From positions 1 to 48,210 of the forward strand of contig JAGXNQ010000003.1 of NCBI GenBank assembly GCA_019894955.1: a stretch of DNA of 48,210 nt, written 5' to 3'. The translations under genes were made by a program, and so were the position numbers. The first letter of the stretch is position 1. Every line of letters begins with the position of its first letter. The notes below the pieces were generated by a model. The model saw nothing but the letters and a program-made list of their open reading frames with translations. It did not search any database and was not told the origin of the DNA. Source of the stretch: Promethearchaeota archaeon (GTDB taxonomy: Archaea > Asgardarchaeota > Lokiarchaeia > Sigyniarchaeales > SOKP01). Below, piece after piece: positions 1 to 9,582 of this stretch.

Positions 1-533
1 GGCTCAGATTCCCCTGTCAAACTACTTTCATTCACTTCTAAGTTGGATGATTGTATTATGCGAGCATCTGCTGGGATTCTATCACCTTGCTTTAGAACCA
101 ATAGATCTCCAATAACTACTTCTTTTGTAGGTATCTCCAATTTTTGACCACCTCGTATGACGGTTGTAGTTGGTGCGGTCATTTCGCGCAGAGCGTTAAG
201 CTTTTTAGTAGCTCTATATTGTTGAACAATTGCTACAATGCAATTTAATGCTACTATCCCGAGTGTTAATAAAATAAATGTTAAATTGCCCTCATTACCT
301 AAAATTGCTGCTAAAAACAAAATAAGAGCTCCAGCTAAATAAATGACAATTAACCAATTAAACAAGGGTGCTAAATAGATTTTAATAAATCCCTTTGATG
401 CTTTAGGGATTTCATTATATCCATGTTTCAGAATTCTATTCTGAGCTTCTTCCCGAGGTAATCCATTAGTCGAATTAGTTGTAAACTTATCATAAATTTG
501 ATTTAATTCTTGAGTGTAATATGTTTCAGTCAT
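1..533 (-). CDS. P-type cation-transporting ATPase, N-terminal fragment (gene runs off window start)
   Basis: Not in the ORF track because it is truncated. My minus-strand translation from ATG (533-531) gives MTETYYTQELNQIYDKF..NGLPREEAQNRILKHGYNEIPKASKGF..TTVIRGGQKLEIPTKEVVIGDLLVLKQGDRIPADARII..SSLTGESEP. It is colinear with the N-terminus and TGES actuator motif of the adjacent ATPase at 693-3572. Confidence 0.8.
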   Translation of the reverse strand, partial: MTETYYTQELNQIYDKFTTNSTNGLPREEAQNRILKHGYNEIPKASKGFIKIYLAPLFNWLIVIYLAGALILFLAAILGNEGNLTFILLTLGIVALNCIVAIVQQYRATKKLNALREMTAPTTTVIRGGQKLEIPTKEVVIGDLLVLKQGDRIPADARIIQSSNLEVNESSLTGESE

Positions 534-692
534 TTGAAATTCTCCCGTAACACACTAAATAAAATTAATTAAAACTTTGTAACGTAATAATAATAAATAG
601 TCTATAACAGTAATTATTTTTAATTTATTTCTTTTTCATTTAAAAAAATACTTATTTCAAATTATGAAATCAAAAAAGAAAAGTTCAAAAAA

Positions 693-3572
693 TTAAAATA
701 TCATATTTTTAGATCTTGCTACCTTCTTGAAAATTTCAATTCCAACTATTCCTGGTAAAGCAAATAAAATACACACCAACCAATCTAATCCACTAAGAAA
801 TAAGAAATTGATTTGAAAATCTAAACCCCAAATATCATTTACATATGTATTTACAGCATAAGAAAAATTGATATGCAATATGTGGATTCCGAGAGTAAAA
901 GTACATATTAAAAATAAAGATACATTGAATTCCTCTTTTATGCTTTTTACAATCGATTTATTAGGTCTCCTAAAACTCCATATAAACGTTGTTTCGACAA
1001 TGTAAATTGTAGTAATTAACATCGTCCTTGCCTTTTGATTTAATAAATCTTGGGGAGTTGATCCAGGTGGAAGATAACTTAAGATTGGATTATAATTCCA
1101 TTCATTTAGTGGAAATAATCCTCCTAACGTAAATTGAAGTACGAAAACTAAACCCATTCCAATTAAAAAAGCCTGCAGGACTAACATGATCCACATGTTT
1201 CGATTTAATAATTGTTGTTCATCTCTAGGTGGTTCCAACATTACATCTTTAGGATGTGAGTCAATAACGAGTGCTATGGAAGGAAGGGAATGAACAATTA
1301 CATAGATATAAACATGTTGCCATTCTGAAGCAAATAGATTAAATGTGGGAATGAATTCATAAGTAAGAAAAACTGCAGCTTCCATGAGGTTTAGGCAGAT
1401 AAAAAAGAAGATGATATTTCTAATTTTAGCAAATAATCCTCGCCCTATTCTAACTCCTTTTTCTATAGATGTAAAATCATCATCTGAAATAACAAGATCT
1501 GCAATTTCTTTTGAAACATCAGTCCCCGTGATTCCCATAGCAATTCCAGCATCTGCTAATTTTAAAGCTAGAATATCATTAATTCCATCGCCAGTCATGG
1601 CAACAACGTGTTTTTTTTTCCCATTTTGTCCTTGATATCTTTCAACAATAACTTCTTTATCAGTTGGAGCGACTCTAGCAAAAACTGTGACTTTTTCAAA
1701 GTCTTCATCGGAAAGATTTCGAATCTCTGATCCTTCCACTACCAAATCCCCTTTTTTATATATTCTACTTTGAGCTGCTATGGTTTGAGCAGTTTTAGGA
1801 TGATCTCCAGTAATCATTATCACATTAATTCCACCAGCTTCACATTTAGAGACAGATTCTTGAACACCTGGTCTAACAGGATCAAGAATTGAAAAAAATC
1901 CTAAAAATATTAAATCAGATTCTATCCTTTCTCTGATAAGGTCATTTTCTTTGTTGATAGGTTTGTAAGCAATGGCAAGAGTTCTATAACCTTGGTTTGC
2001 TCGTATACTTATTAAACTCTGAATCTCTTTTTGAGTTCGTTCTGAAATTGGCTTTAATGCTCCATTTAGCTCAACTTGAGCTGATAATTCCAAAATTTTT
2101 TCAGGAGCTCCTTTAGTAAATACAAGATATTCACCTTTTTTGTCTTTTAGTTCACACACAGTTGACATTCTTTTCAATTCAGAAGTGAATGAAAATTCTT
2201 TAATAACATCATATTTATTTTTTACATCATAAGTTATGAAATCCGCTTTTTCTGCTAAAACTAATAAAGCAGATTCAGTTGGTGAACCATTAGCTCTTCG
2301 TACAGCAATTTCTTTTTGATCTCTCATTCGTACTTTTACATCTTCATAGATTAGTTTTGCGGTATTGTTTATTATGCTTGAATCTATTAATTTTTGAAAT
2401 GTTGGATTCTCTTTTAGATCAATTTCTTCTCCTTCTAATAGAATTTTTCCATTGGATTCATATCCCGATCCCGTTACATCATATTCTAATTCATTTAACC
2501 AGAACTTATTTACACACATCTCATTTCGAGTAATTGTACCTGTTTTATCAGAACATATTATAGAAACACGACCTAAGGATTCTATTGCAGCTAGATTTTT
2601 AACAATAACACCGCTTTGGGCCATGTTCAAAACACCAGTTACTAATACCAAGGTGGATAATAGAGGTAGGTTAATCGGCATTACATTCATTGATCGTAAA
2701 ATTGAACTGACCAAAGCTTCACTAATAAAATGCCCATAAAAATTACCTTCGAGCGATAAAATGATAAATTTATAGATTATTAAAATTATCAAAATTAAAA
2801 TAAGAAGACTACTCAAAATATAACCCAATCTATTTAATTTCCTAGTTAAGGGTATGTCTTCGATACTTCCCATTTCATTAAGTTGAGTTGATATCTTTCC
2901 GATTTCAGTATTAGTACCAGTTCCATAAATAATGATTTTTCCCCGCCCCGTATTCACATAAGTACCCATAAAAACGACATTAGATTGTTTCTGGATTGGG
3001 AGAAAAATCTTTTCAAGAATATCTTCTTTTTTTTCTACAGCTTCTGATTCCCCTGTGAGTGGTGCTTCATCTACTGACAAGTTAACAGTTTCTATTACTC
3101 TTCCATCAGCAGGAATTTTATCACCTTGTTTAAGTAATACAATATCACCGGGGACTATTTCTTTAGTAGGAATTTCATATTGTATACCGTCTCGCAAGAC
3201 TGTTGTTTTTAATGCAGCAATTTTGCGTAAAGAATCTAACGCCTTTTGTGCTCTAAACTGCTGAATTATTACTGTTATTGAATTAACAATGACGATGGCA
3301 AATGTAAATAAAGCAGATCCATATTCTCCAAGTAAAATTACAAAAATTCCAGTAAATATTAGAATGACTATTAAAATATTGAAAATTGGTGCTAAATAAA
3401 TTTTCCAAAGAGATTTCTTTATTTTTGGTAATTCATTAAAACCATGCTTTAAATATCTTTCATCTAATTTTGAAGAACTTAATCCTATATTGAGATTGGT
3501 TTCAAACTCAGATGCTAGTTCTTCAGCTGTCAATGCATGATACATTTTGTGTGAAGAAATTGATTCACTCAT
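693..3572 (-). CDS. P-type cation-transporting ATPase (type II/III-like)
   Basis: Motifs seen: TGES, phosphorylation site CSDKTGTIT, hinge TGDGINDILALKLADAGIAMG, and a Cation_ATPase_N-like LTAEELASEF..GLSSSKLDERYLKHGFNELP. The TM4 motif reads MPINLPLL rather than PEGL. The ORF extends to 3626, but the ATG at 3572 (MSESISS..) fits the family N-terminus better. Confidence 0.9.
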   Translation of the reverse strand: MSESISSHKMYHALTAEELASEFETNLNIGLSSSKLDERYLKHGFNELPKIKKSLWKIYLAPIFNILIVILIFTGIFVILLGEYGSALFTFAIVIVNSITVIIQQFRAQKALDSLRKIAALKTTVLRDGIQYEIPTKEIVPGDIVLLKQGDKIPADGRVIETVNLSVDEAPLTGESEAVEKKEDILEKIFLPIQKQSNVVFMGTYVNTGRGKIIIYGTGTNTEIGKISTQLNEMGSIEDIPLTRKLNRLGYILSSLLILILIILIIYKFIILSLEGNFYGHFISEALVSSILRSMNVMPINLPLLSTLVLVTGVLNMAQSGVIVKNLAAIESLGRVSIICSDKTGTITRNEMCVNKFWLNELEYDVTGSGYESNGKILLEGEEIDLKENPTFQKLIDSSIINNTAKLIYEDVKVRMRDQKEIAVRRANGSPTESALLVLAEKADFITYDVKNKYDVIKEFSFTSELKRMSTVCELKDKKGEYLVFTKGAPEKILELSAQVELNGALKPISERTQKEIQSLISIRANQGYRTLAIAYKPINKENDLIRERIESDLIFLGFFSILDPVRPGVQESVSKCEAGGINVIMITGDHPKTAQTIAAQSRIYKKGDLVVEGSEIRNLSDEDFEKVTVFARVAPTDKEVIVERYQGQNGKKKHVVAMTGDGINDILALKLADAGIAMGITGTDVSKEIADLVISDDDFTSIEKGVRIGRGLFAKIRNIIFFFICLNLMEAAVFLTYEFIPTFNLFASEWQHVYIYVIVHSLPSIALVIDSHPKDVMLEPPRDEQQLLNRNMWIMLVLQAFLIGMGLVFVLQFTLGGLFPLNEWNYNPILSYLPPGSTPQDLLNQKARTMLITTIYIVETTFIWSFRRPNKSIVKSIKEEFNVSLFLICTFTLGIHILHINFSYAVNTYVNDIWGLDFQINFLFLSGLDWLVCILFALPGIVGIEIFKKVARSKNMIF

Positions 3573-3669
3573 CTTAATCTCAAGTATAATATAACTATTA
3601 AAAAGTAATAATAAATTAGCATTCAAAGCTTAAAAATTGTATAATAATAATAAGATGTATAAATATTAA

Positions 3670-4638
3670 TTATATTGTTAATTCTTGGGGATCTCCTAAG
3701 ACGTCTTTTAAATTATGAAATTTCTTCCTAATTGTTGTGCTTGAAAATTTACTTGTTTGTTCAATTAAACTTTGAGTGAAAATTTTCGGGTTTTCAAGAG
3801 TCTGCCCGATGTAATAGATGAGTCCAGCAGCAAAAGCCTTATAATTCAAATTTTGGAGGAAAGAATAAGTTATCCGTTTGAGTAATTTATTAGCTAACAA
3901 CTGCATGTCAATTTTTAATCTTTCAAACTCATTTTTATTTTGAAAATGATCTTTAATCAGCTCGTAAGGAATATTATTAATATCTTTTTGAAAGAGAATC
4001 ATTATCTTCGCTTTAATGTCTATTTCTAATTCTTTTGGTGTCTTGAGTTTCTTTTTATCAAGCCTTACTTCCGTTCTTAATACTTTCTCCATTGCATTCG
4101 CCAACATTTTTTTGTTGACCTTATGCCCTAATTCACGAGAAACTCTTATATATTCTTCAATTCTTATGTTTGTTACATCTTTTATTTCCATCCACACGAT
4201 AGCAAGAAAAATTATTATCATGTTCTGATAAGTTTCTCTGTGATACTTGTTGTATCTAAGATAATTATCTTTTATTGTCATATACTTGGTATTATCTATA
4301 GTTAAGCCTATTCCATAACTTTTAAATAATGCGATAGTTTTTTTTTGTTCTGTAAAGCTAGTATGGTAATCTCTATACCATATGTCTAAAGTTTTAAGTT
4401 TTTCATATTTCTGTTTTATAGCGGGATCTTGTATTGCTTTTGAATTACTAACACGTATTTTTCTTTCATAATCTGCTTGACTATCTGAATAGTATCCTGA
4501 AGATGAAGAAGTGTCAAATTCTAATCCCTCATCAACAATCAAACCACAATCTTTACATACAATAAATGGGCCGTCTTGTATTAGATTCTGATGAGTGCAT
4601 ATTGACGAATCAGTGTCGTGTTGATTTTCTCGAGTCAA
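3670..4638 (-). CDS. Divergent TFB/TFIIB-like paralogue (zinc ribbon + two cyclin-like repeats)
   Basis: N-terminal ribbon C-T-H..(15)..CKDCG. The C-terminal segment YKAFAAGLIYYIGQTLENPKIFTQSLIEQTSKFSSTTIRKKF parallels PKGLAAACIYIAAKDGCIRKTQSNVADVAKITEVTLRSRAKQI of the canonical TFB at 5395-6330. The start is TTG; there is no in-frame ATG upstream of the ribbon. Confidence 0.65.
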   Translation of the reverse strand: MTRENQHDTDSSICTHQNLIQDGPFIVCKDCGLIVDEGLEFDTSSSSGYYSDSQADYERKIRVSNSKAIQDPAIKQKYEKLKTLDIWYRDYHTSFTEQKKTIALFKSYGIGLTIDNTKYMTIKDNYLRYNKYHRETYQNMIIIFLAIVWMEIKDVTNIRIEEYIRVSRELGHKVNKKMLANAMEKVLRTEVRLDKKKLKTPKELEIDIKAKIMILFQKDINNIPYELIKDHFQNKNEFERLKIDMQLLANKLLKRITYSFLQNLNYKAFAAGLIYYIGQTLENPKIFTQSLIEQTSKFSSTTIRKKFHNLKDVLGDPQELTI

Positions 4639-4780
4639 TTATCGCAAATCCTTTTTTTTAATTTAATGACAATATTAAATTGTGTTGATTTTTTTTAAAA
4701 AATGATAAATATACATTTAAATTTTTATAAAACGTCCACCAATATTAATTAATAATTCTTGATAAACTTTTAATTTTAAA

Positions 4781-5356
4781 GTGAACGAAACGATGGAACG
4801 AGAAATCATAATAAAATGGTTAAAACTTTTCAGTATTGGATATATTATTATTTTTATCATAGAATTACTGAATCTAATTCTTTTTAGCAATGTTATAATC
4901 ATTTCAATTGATAGTGAACAGATGACGATCTCTCATTTAATATTTAACTCCGGTTATTCAAGTTTACAACTTGCGGTAATTTGGATTTTTTATGGGATAA
5001 CTTCCAGTTGTTTCATAATTTTAGGAGTAGCACTCTTTAGAATCGCACGACAGGATAAGCGAGAAAATCAAATTCTAACTAAAACACTTTTAATAACAGG
5101 TATGTTCATGATAATCGCGAGCTTTTTCAGACTTGAATTAATCTATCTAATCAACAAGGAACCTATAGATACAGGAGGGTTTTCTGCTACATTTATGAAT
5201 GTGATCTATAATCAATCAATCACCAACATAATAGGTGCCTTGATGTGGTTAATTTTTACAATTATAACACTTACTGTATTGATTTCGGCATTAATAATTA
5301 GCGCCATAGGATTACAGTGGGGAATTGTTCAATTTCAGCAAACAAAACCTGAATAA
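4781..5356 (+). CDS. Integral membrane protein, unknown function
   Basis: Several hydrophobic helices are evident (IGYIIIFIIELLNLILF, LQLAVIWIFYGITSSCFIILGVALF, LLITGMFMIIASFF, IIGALMWLIFTIITLTVLISALIISAIGL). GTG start at 4781, with an alternative ATG at 4793. Confidence 0.5.
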   Translation: MNETMEREIIIKWLKLFSIGYIIIFIIELLNLILFSNVIIISIDSEQMTISHLIFNSGYSSLQLAVIWIFYGITSSCFIILGVALFRIARQDKRENQILTKTLLITGMFMIIASFFRLELIYLINKEPIDTGGFSATFMNVIYNQSITNIIGALMWLIFTIITLTVLISALIISAIGLQWGIVQFQQTKPE

Positions 5357-5394
5357 ATCTTCACATTTTATTAATTTAAGAGAAAAAAAGAAAG

Positions 5395-6330
5395 TTACAA
5401 TAATGATAAAATTGTTTTAATTTGTTTTGCCCTACTTCTCAATGTGACTTCTGTTATCTTGGCCACATCGGCTACGTTTGATTGAGTTTTTCGAATACAA
5501 CCATCTTTAGCAGCGATATAAATACACGCTGCTGCCAAGCCTTTAGGATCTTTACCAGTACGTTTTAAACCATTTTGAGATGCCTTTCGAAGCATATCTA
5601 TTGCTATTTTTTGTATTTTCATTGGTAGGTCTAGTTCATTTCCGAAACGGAAGACTAAGCTTTCAGCGGTGATAGGTTGATACCTTAATCCTAACTGTGG
5701 TAACACTTCTCGGATTATCATTGCGAGACTACGGTGCACTGTTCGACGAGGTGTCATAGAAGCTTCACAAACCTCATCAAGTAATCGTGGAAAGTCGTGA
5801 ACTCTAATTGCAGCATATAATGATCCTGCAATAAAACCGTTAATGGATCTACCCATTGTTAGCTTTTTCTTGGCAACAATGCTATAGATTTTCCAGGCTG
5901 TCTCACTAATATATTCTGGAATGTTAAGTTTTGAGGTTAGCATTTTGAGTTTAGGTTTTGCTTCCCAGAAGTTCCGTTCAATGCTAGAAATTAATGAATT
6001 CTGAATTTTCGATAATCGCGAAAAGAGTGCCTGTTCCTTTGGACCAATTGATTTACCTTTAGAATCCGTTTTAGTACTTGGAAGCATTGTTCGTGGACCA
6101 AAGTCCCTCCATCTTGGTTCAGTGCGCCTTCTTGTTTGAATTTCTTCTATAGTATAAGCTCTACGTTCATTTCCAACAAAAGTTCTTTCCGAGATTATTC
6201 CACAGTTTAGACAAACGTTATTACCACCTCGTTCTTCAATAGCTGGATGATCACAACAATCATTTGTAGTAGGTGAATTCCCTTCATTAGGGTTTTTATT
6301 TTTGATGAGCTCTCGGTAGCTATTGTTCAT
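5395..6330 (-). CDS. tfb: Transcription initiation factor IIB (TFB)
   Basis: Zinc ribbon CCDHPAIEERGGNNVCLNCG, followed by a B-reader/linker (ERTFVGNERRAYT..RTEPRWRDFGPRT) and two cyclin repeats (RSINGFIAGSLYAAIRVHDFPRLLDEV; PKGLAAACIYIAAKDG). Confidence 0.9.
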   Translation of the reverse strand: MNNSYRELIKNKNPNEGNSPTTNDCCDHPAIEERGGNNVCLNCGIISERTFVGNERRAYTIEEIQTRRRTEPRWRDFGPRTMLPSTKTDSKGKSIGPKEQALFSRLSKIQNSLISSIERNFWEAKPKLKMLTSKLNIPEYISETAWKIYSIVAKKKLTMGRSINGFIAGSLYAAIRVHDFPRLLDEVCEASMTPRRTVHRSLAMIIREVLPQLGLRYQPITAESLVFRFGNELDLPMKIQKIAIDMLRKASQNGLKRTGKDPKGLAAACIYIAAKDGCIRKTQSNVADVAKITEVTLRSRAKQIKTILSLL

Positions 6331-6609
6331 GATATTTCACTTTGATTATAAATTCACAAATAATGAATTAAAGAGGATAAAATTGGCATTTTAAATTAAA
6401 AATAGTCATTATTATTTCTTTAATAACTGCTGTAAAGAATTAATTGATTAATCAGCTATTTAAATGTTTTCATGAAAATTTGAAAATTTAAAATTTTTTT
6501 ACACTTTTATCCCACTCTTTTCCCTTTAATATGATAAATTGTTCACAATTTTGTGATATTTGGAAAAAAATATTAGTTATTCTTCAAATTCATATTTAAT
6601 ATCTTAGAG

Positions 6610-7137
6610 GTGAAAAATGACTTGGAATTTTATGAAGTAGTGAAAAAGCGTAGGAGTTATCGAATGTTTAAAAAGGATATACCCGAGAAGGATAAAATAG
6701 AAAGAATTTTGGATGCTGCTCGGTTAGCTCCTACTTGGGCAAATATGCAAGGAATGCATTATATAGTTGTGAAAGATCCTGAAAAAGTTAAATCAGTTTG
6801 GAATGCGGTTGGACAGAGGCAAAAATTCGCAGAAGCTCCGATATTTATTGTTGGCGCGATTAAAGAAAAAGGATCAGGAACAAATGGAAATGGAGAAAAA
6901 TATTATCCTGTAGATTTTGGTATATGTTTTGAACATCTTTTATTAGCCGCTACTGCGGAAGGATTAGGGACTTGTTGGATAGGTTGGTTTAATGAAGAAA
7001 AAATAAAAGAAGTATTAGAGATTCCTAAAGCTTACCGTGTATTAGGTCTTACACCATTAGGTTATCCATTAAAACAAAAAGAATCAGTACAAGAACGTAA
7101 TTCTCTTGAACAAATTGTTCATTATGATCGTTTTTAA
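6610..7137 (+). CDS. Nitroreductase family protein
   Basis: KRRSYRMFKKDIPEKDKIERILDAARLAPTWANMQGMHYIVV plus GLGTCWIGWF are typical of the nitroreductase/NADH oxidase fold. GTG start. Confidence 0.8.
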   Translation: MKNDLEFYEVVKKRRSYRMFKKDIPEKDKIERILDAARLAPTWANMQGMHYIVVKDPEKVKSVWNAVGQRQKFAEAPIFIVGAIKEKGSGTNGNGEKYYPVDFGICFEHLLLAATAEGLGTCWIGWFNEEKIKEVLEIPKAYRVLGLTPLGYPLKQKESVQERNSLEQIVHYDRF

Positions 7138-7208
7138 TACATAATTCTATTTTTTCTATTTTTGGTTTAAGACGAAAATCTAAAATAATTGCAAATAATA
7201 ATATATTT

Positions 7209-8939
7209 ATGAAAATCATTCGAATTGATGTTAATAATAAATCAATCACTCATGATTTAATCACAAAGGATTCAAAATACTATTTACTAGGTGCTCGCGG
7301 TTTAACTTCTCAAATTGTTTTTGATGAAGTAGATCCACTAAGCGATCCTTTAGGTCCAAAAAATAAACTTATTATAGCTAATGGTATCCTAGCAGGAAGT
7401 CCTTTTGCAAATTCAGGGAGAACTTCAGTTGGAGCTAAAAGTCCATTAACAAATGGAATCAAAGAGGCAAATGTGGGAGGTAGAGCTGCAATGATGCTAG
7501 CAAGGCATGGGATTAGGGCACTCATTTTTGAAAATACTTCAGACGACCTATATATCTTACTCATCAATGATAAAGAAACTAAATTAATTGAAGCAAATGA
7601 GTACAAAGGTCTTGGTAATTATGAACTTCATTCAAAATTATATGAGCGATATGATAAGACCATAGGAATTTATTCAATAGGACCTGCTGGGGAACACTTG
7701 ATGAAATCTGCTACTGTTGCCGCAAACGATCTTGAAGGATATCCTAGCAGACATGCAGCTAGAGGTGGATTAGGTGCTGTTATGGGGTCAAAGGGTATAA
7801 AGGCAATTGTGATTATTCCCCCTAAAGAATCAAAAGCGCCAATGCACGATCTTAAAAGATTTAGAGAAACTTCTACACCTTTCGCTAAGAACCTAGTTAA
7901 AACTAAAGATACTTTCTCTACGTTTGGAACATCGATGGGGATGAAAGCGATGAGTAATTTTGGTGGTATTCCTACCAAAAATTTTTTAATGGGATCATTT
8001 AATGATATTGATAAAATTTCAGGAGAAAGACTTCATGAACTTGTGGTAAAAAGAGGAGGAAAAAAGCGTTTAGCTTGTTCTCCAACTTGTGTGATTAAAT
8101 GTTCAAATTTAATTGTTGATGAAAAAGGAAATCATATTACATCCAGTTTAGAATATGAAACAATGTGCTTAAACGGAACTAATTTAATGATTAACGATCT
8201 TGACAGTTTAGCATACATAGATCATTTTTGCGATGATACGGGGATAGATACAATTGAGTATGGGGGGACTTGTGGTGTAGCAATGGAATGTGGTAAAATA
8301 AATTGGGGAGATGCTCAAAAAGTCATAAAAATTTTGGATAAAGAGATAAGAATTAATACCGAAACAGGTAAATTATATGGAAATGGTGTAAAACATATAG
8401 GTGATCAACTCCAAGCCAAAAGAATTCCTGAAATTAAGGGTCAAGGTTTATCTGCCTATGATCCAAGAGTTATGAAAGCTATGGGTGTAACTTATGCTAC
8501 AACTCCGATGGGTGCTGATCATACAAGTGGTGCTGCAATTGTTGGGAGAATTCCAAGACAAGGTATCGATTACGGGGAATATACTGACATTGAACATAAA
8601 TTAGATTTATCATTCGAACTACAAGTTTATACAACCGTTATGGATGCAATGGGCATATGTTATTTTGTTGGACCTAATTATGAAAATATGGCCATACTTG
8701 CTGATGTTATTAATGCCATGTATGATTTACAATTAACAAGGAAGGATATCATTAATATCGGGATAAATATTTTAAAAACTGAAATTGGATTTAATAAAAA
8801 TGCAGGTATTACTCAAGACAATAATGATGTGCCAGAATTCTTTAAAACTGAAGCTTCACAACCAATGAATTTAAAATTTTCATTTACCAAAGATGATCTA
8901 AAAAACTTCTGGGATAGGTTAAATGACTATGTTTTTTAA
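7209..8939 (+). CDS. aor: Aldehyde:ferredoxin oxidoreductase family (tungstopterin enzyme)
   Basis: AOR_N-like MKIIRIDVNNKSI..GARGLTSQI..PLGPKNKLIIANGILAGSP.ANSGRTSVGAKSPLT. The Fe-S motif C-SPT-C-VIK-C is present, and the C-terminal region carries GADH. Confidence 0.85.
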   Translation: MKIIRIDVNNKSITHDLITKDSKYYLLGARGLTSQIVFDEVDPLSDPLGPKNKLIIANGILAGSPFANSGRTSVGAKSPLTNGIKEANVGGRAAMMLARHGIRALIFENTSDDLYILLINDKETKLIEANEYKGLGNYELHSKLYERYDKTIGIYSIGPAGEHLMKSATVAANDLEGYPSRHAARGGLGAVMGSKGIKAIVIIPPKESKAPMHDLKRFRETSTPFAKNLVKTKDTFSTFGTSMGMKAMSNFGGIPTKNFLMGSFNDIDKISGERLHELVVKRGGKKRLACSPTCVIKCSNLIVDEKGNHITSSLEYETMCLNGTNLMINDLDSLAYIDHFCDDTGIDTIEYGGTCGVAMECGKINWGDAQKVIKILDKEIRINTETGKLYGNGVKHIGDQLQAKRIPEIKGQGLSAYDPRVMKAMGVTYATTPMGADHTSGAAIVGRIPRQGIDYGEYTDIEHKLDLSFELQVYTTVMDAMGICYFVGPNYENMAILADVINAMYDLQLTRKDIINIGINILKTEIGFNKNAGITQDNNDVPEFFKTEASQPMNLKFSFTKDDLKNFWDRLNDYVF

Positions 8940-8948
8940 TATTTCTAA

Positions 8949-9497
8949 TTAGAGATATTTCAAATATCCCTTTCTTTTCATTATATATTCTATTATTAAA
9001 ATCAGCGCTATATTAATCAGAACTACTTGTACAAATATAAATCTCATTATGAGATAATTCTCAAGCAATAATATATTGAATTGCAAAGCTAAATTTATCA
9101 AATAATATGCGATACATAGAAAACAAAAAAGTTTTTTTTTTATTTTATTTATTGAAAGAGCATATTTCCAACTTAAAAATCCAATTAAATTATTCAAAAT
9201 GAAGAGAGAATAAATATTTAGCTCGCCAACATTGGTTATCATTACATAAAGTTCAGCTGAAGCAATCCCTAAGATATAAACAGATATAAAAATTCGTGAA
9301 TGATTTCTAAAATAATCCACTTCAAGGCTTAATCCAATAATTAGGAGGAAAAGAATGGCAGTTAAGGTTAAGAGAATTATATAAAATATTGGATCATGGA
9401 CGATTATTAAATCTAATAGGAAAACAATTAAAAGAGCAATTAATAAGATTAAAGAACTAGTAAATCGTGCTAGCATTAATCCTTTAGCTTTAATCAT
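8949..9497 (-). CDS. Integral membrane protein, unknown function
   Basis: 182 aa, hydrophobic almost throughout, with about 5-6 predicted helices. No motif recognised. Confidence 0.5.
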   Translation of the reverse strand: MIKAKGLMLARFTSSLILLIALLIVFLLDLIIVHDPIFYIILLTLTAILFLLIIGLSLEVDYFRNHSRIFISVYILGIASAELYVMITNVGELNIYSLFILNNLIGFLSWKYALSINKIKKKLFCFLCIAYYLINLALQFNILLLENYLIMRFIFVQVVLINIALILIIEYIMKRKGYLKYL

Positions 9498-9582
9498 AAA
9501 TGAAAACCAAGTTCAAAAAAAATCAAATAAATTATAATTATATATAATGAAAGAAACACATTTTTAACTAAATGTAATATGA

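Noticed and set aside
1384-3264. Three + strand ORFs (1384-1635, 2452-2739, 3055-3264) inside the P-type ATPase gene
   Set aside because: They lie antisense to a confidently identified 960-aa ATPase. Their translations are low-complexity with no motifs, as expected for shadow ORFs in AT-rich DNA. The same reasoning applies to 4016-4228, 7310-7606, 7670-7978, 14432-14695, 15506-15700, 16088-16276, 16364-16654, 17330-17716, 22797-22994, 25284-25604, 26520-26720, 28261-28569, 32528-32821, 34155-34526, 36576-36950, 41589-41789, 42161-42478, 43326-43607, 44015-44209, 44484-44681 and 45188-45412.
6445-6500. 10-bp palindrome TGATTAATCA (6445-6454) and tandem GAAAATTT x2 (6474-6489) in the tfb/nitroreductase divergent spacer
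   Set aside because: They could be regulator sites, but they are indistinguishable from chance or TATA-like sequence in a spacer that is about 85% A+T.
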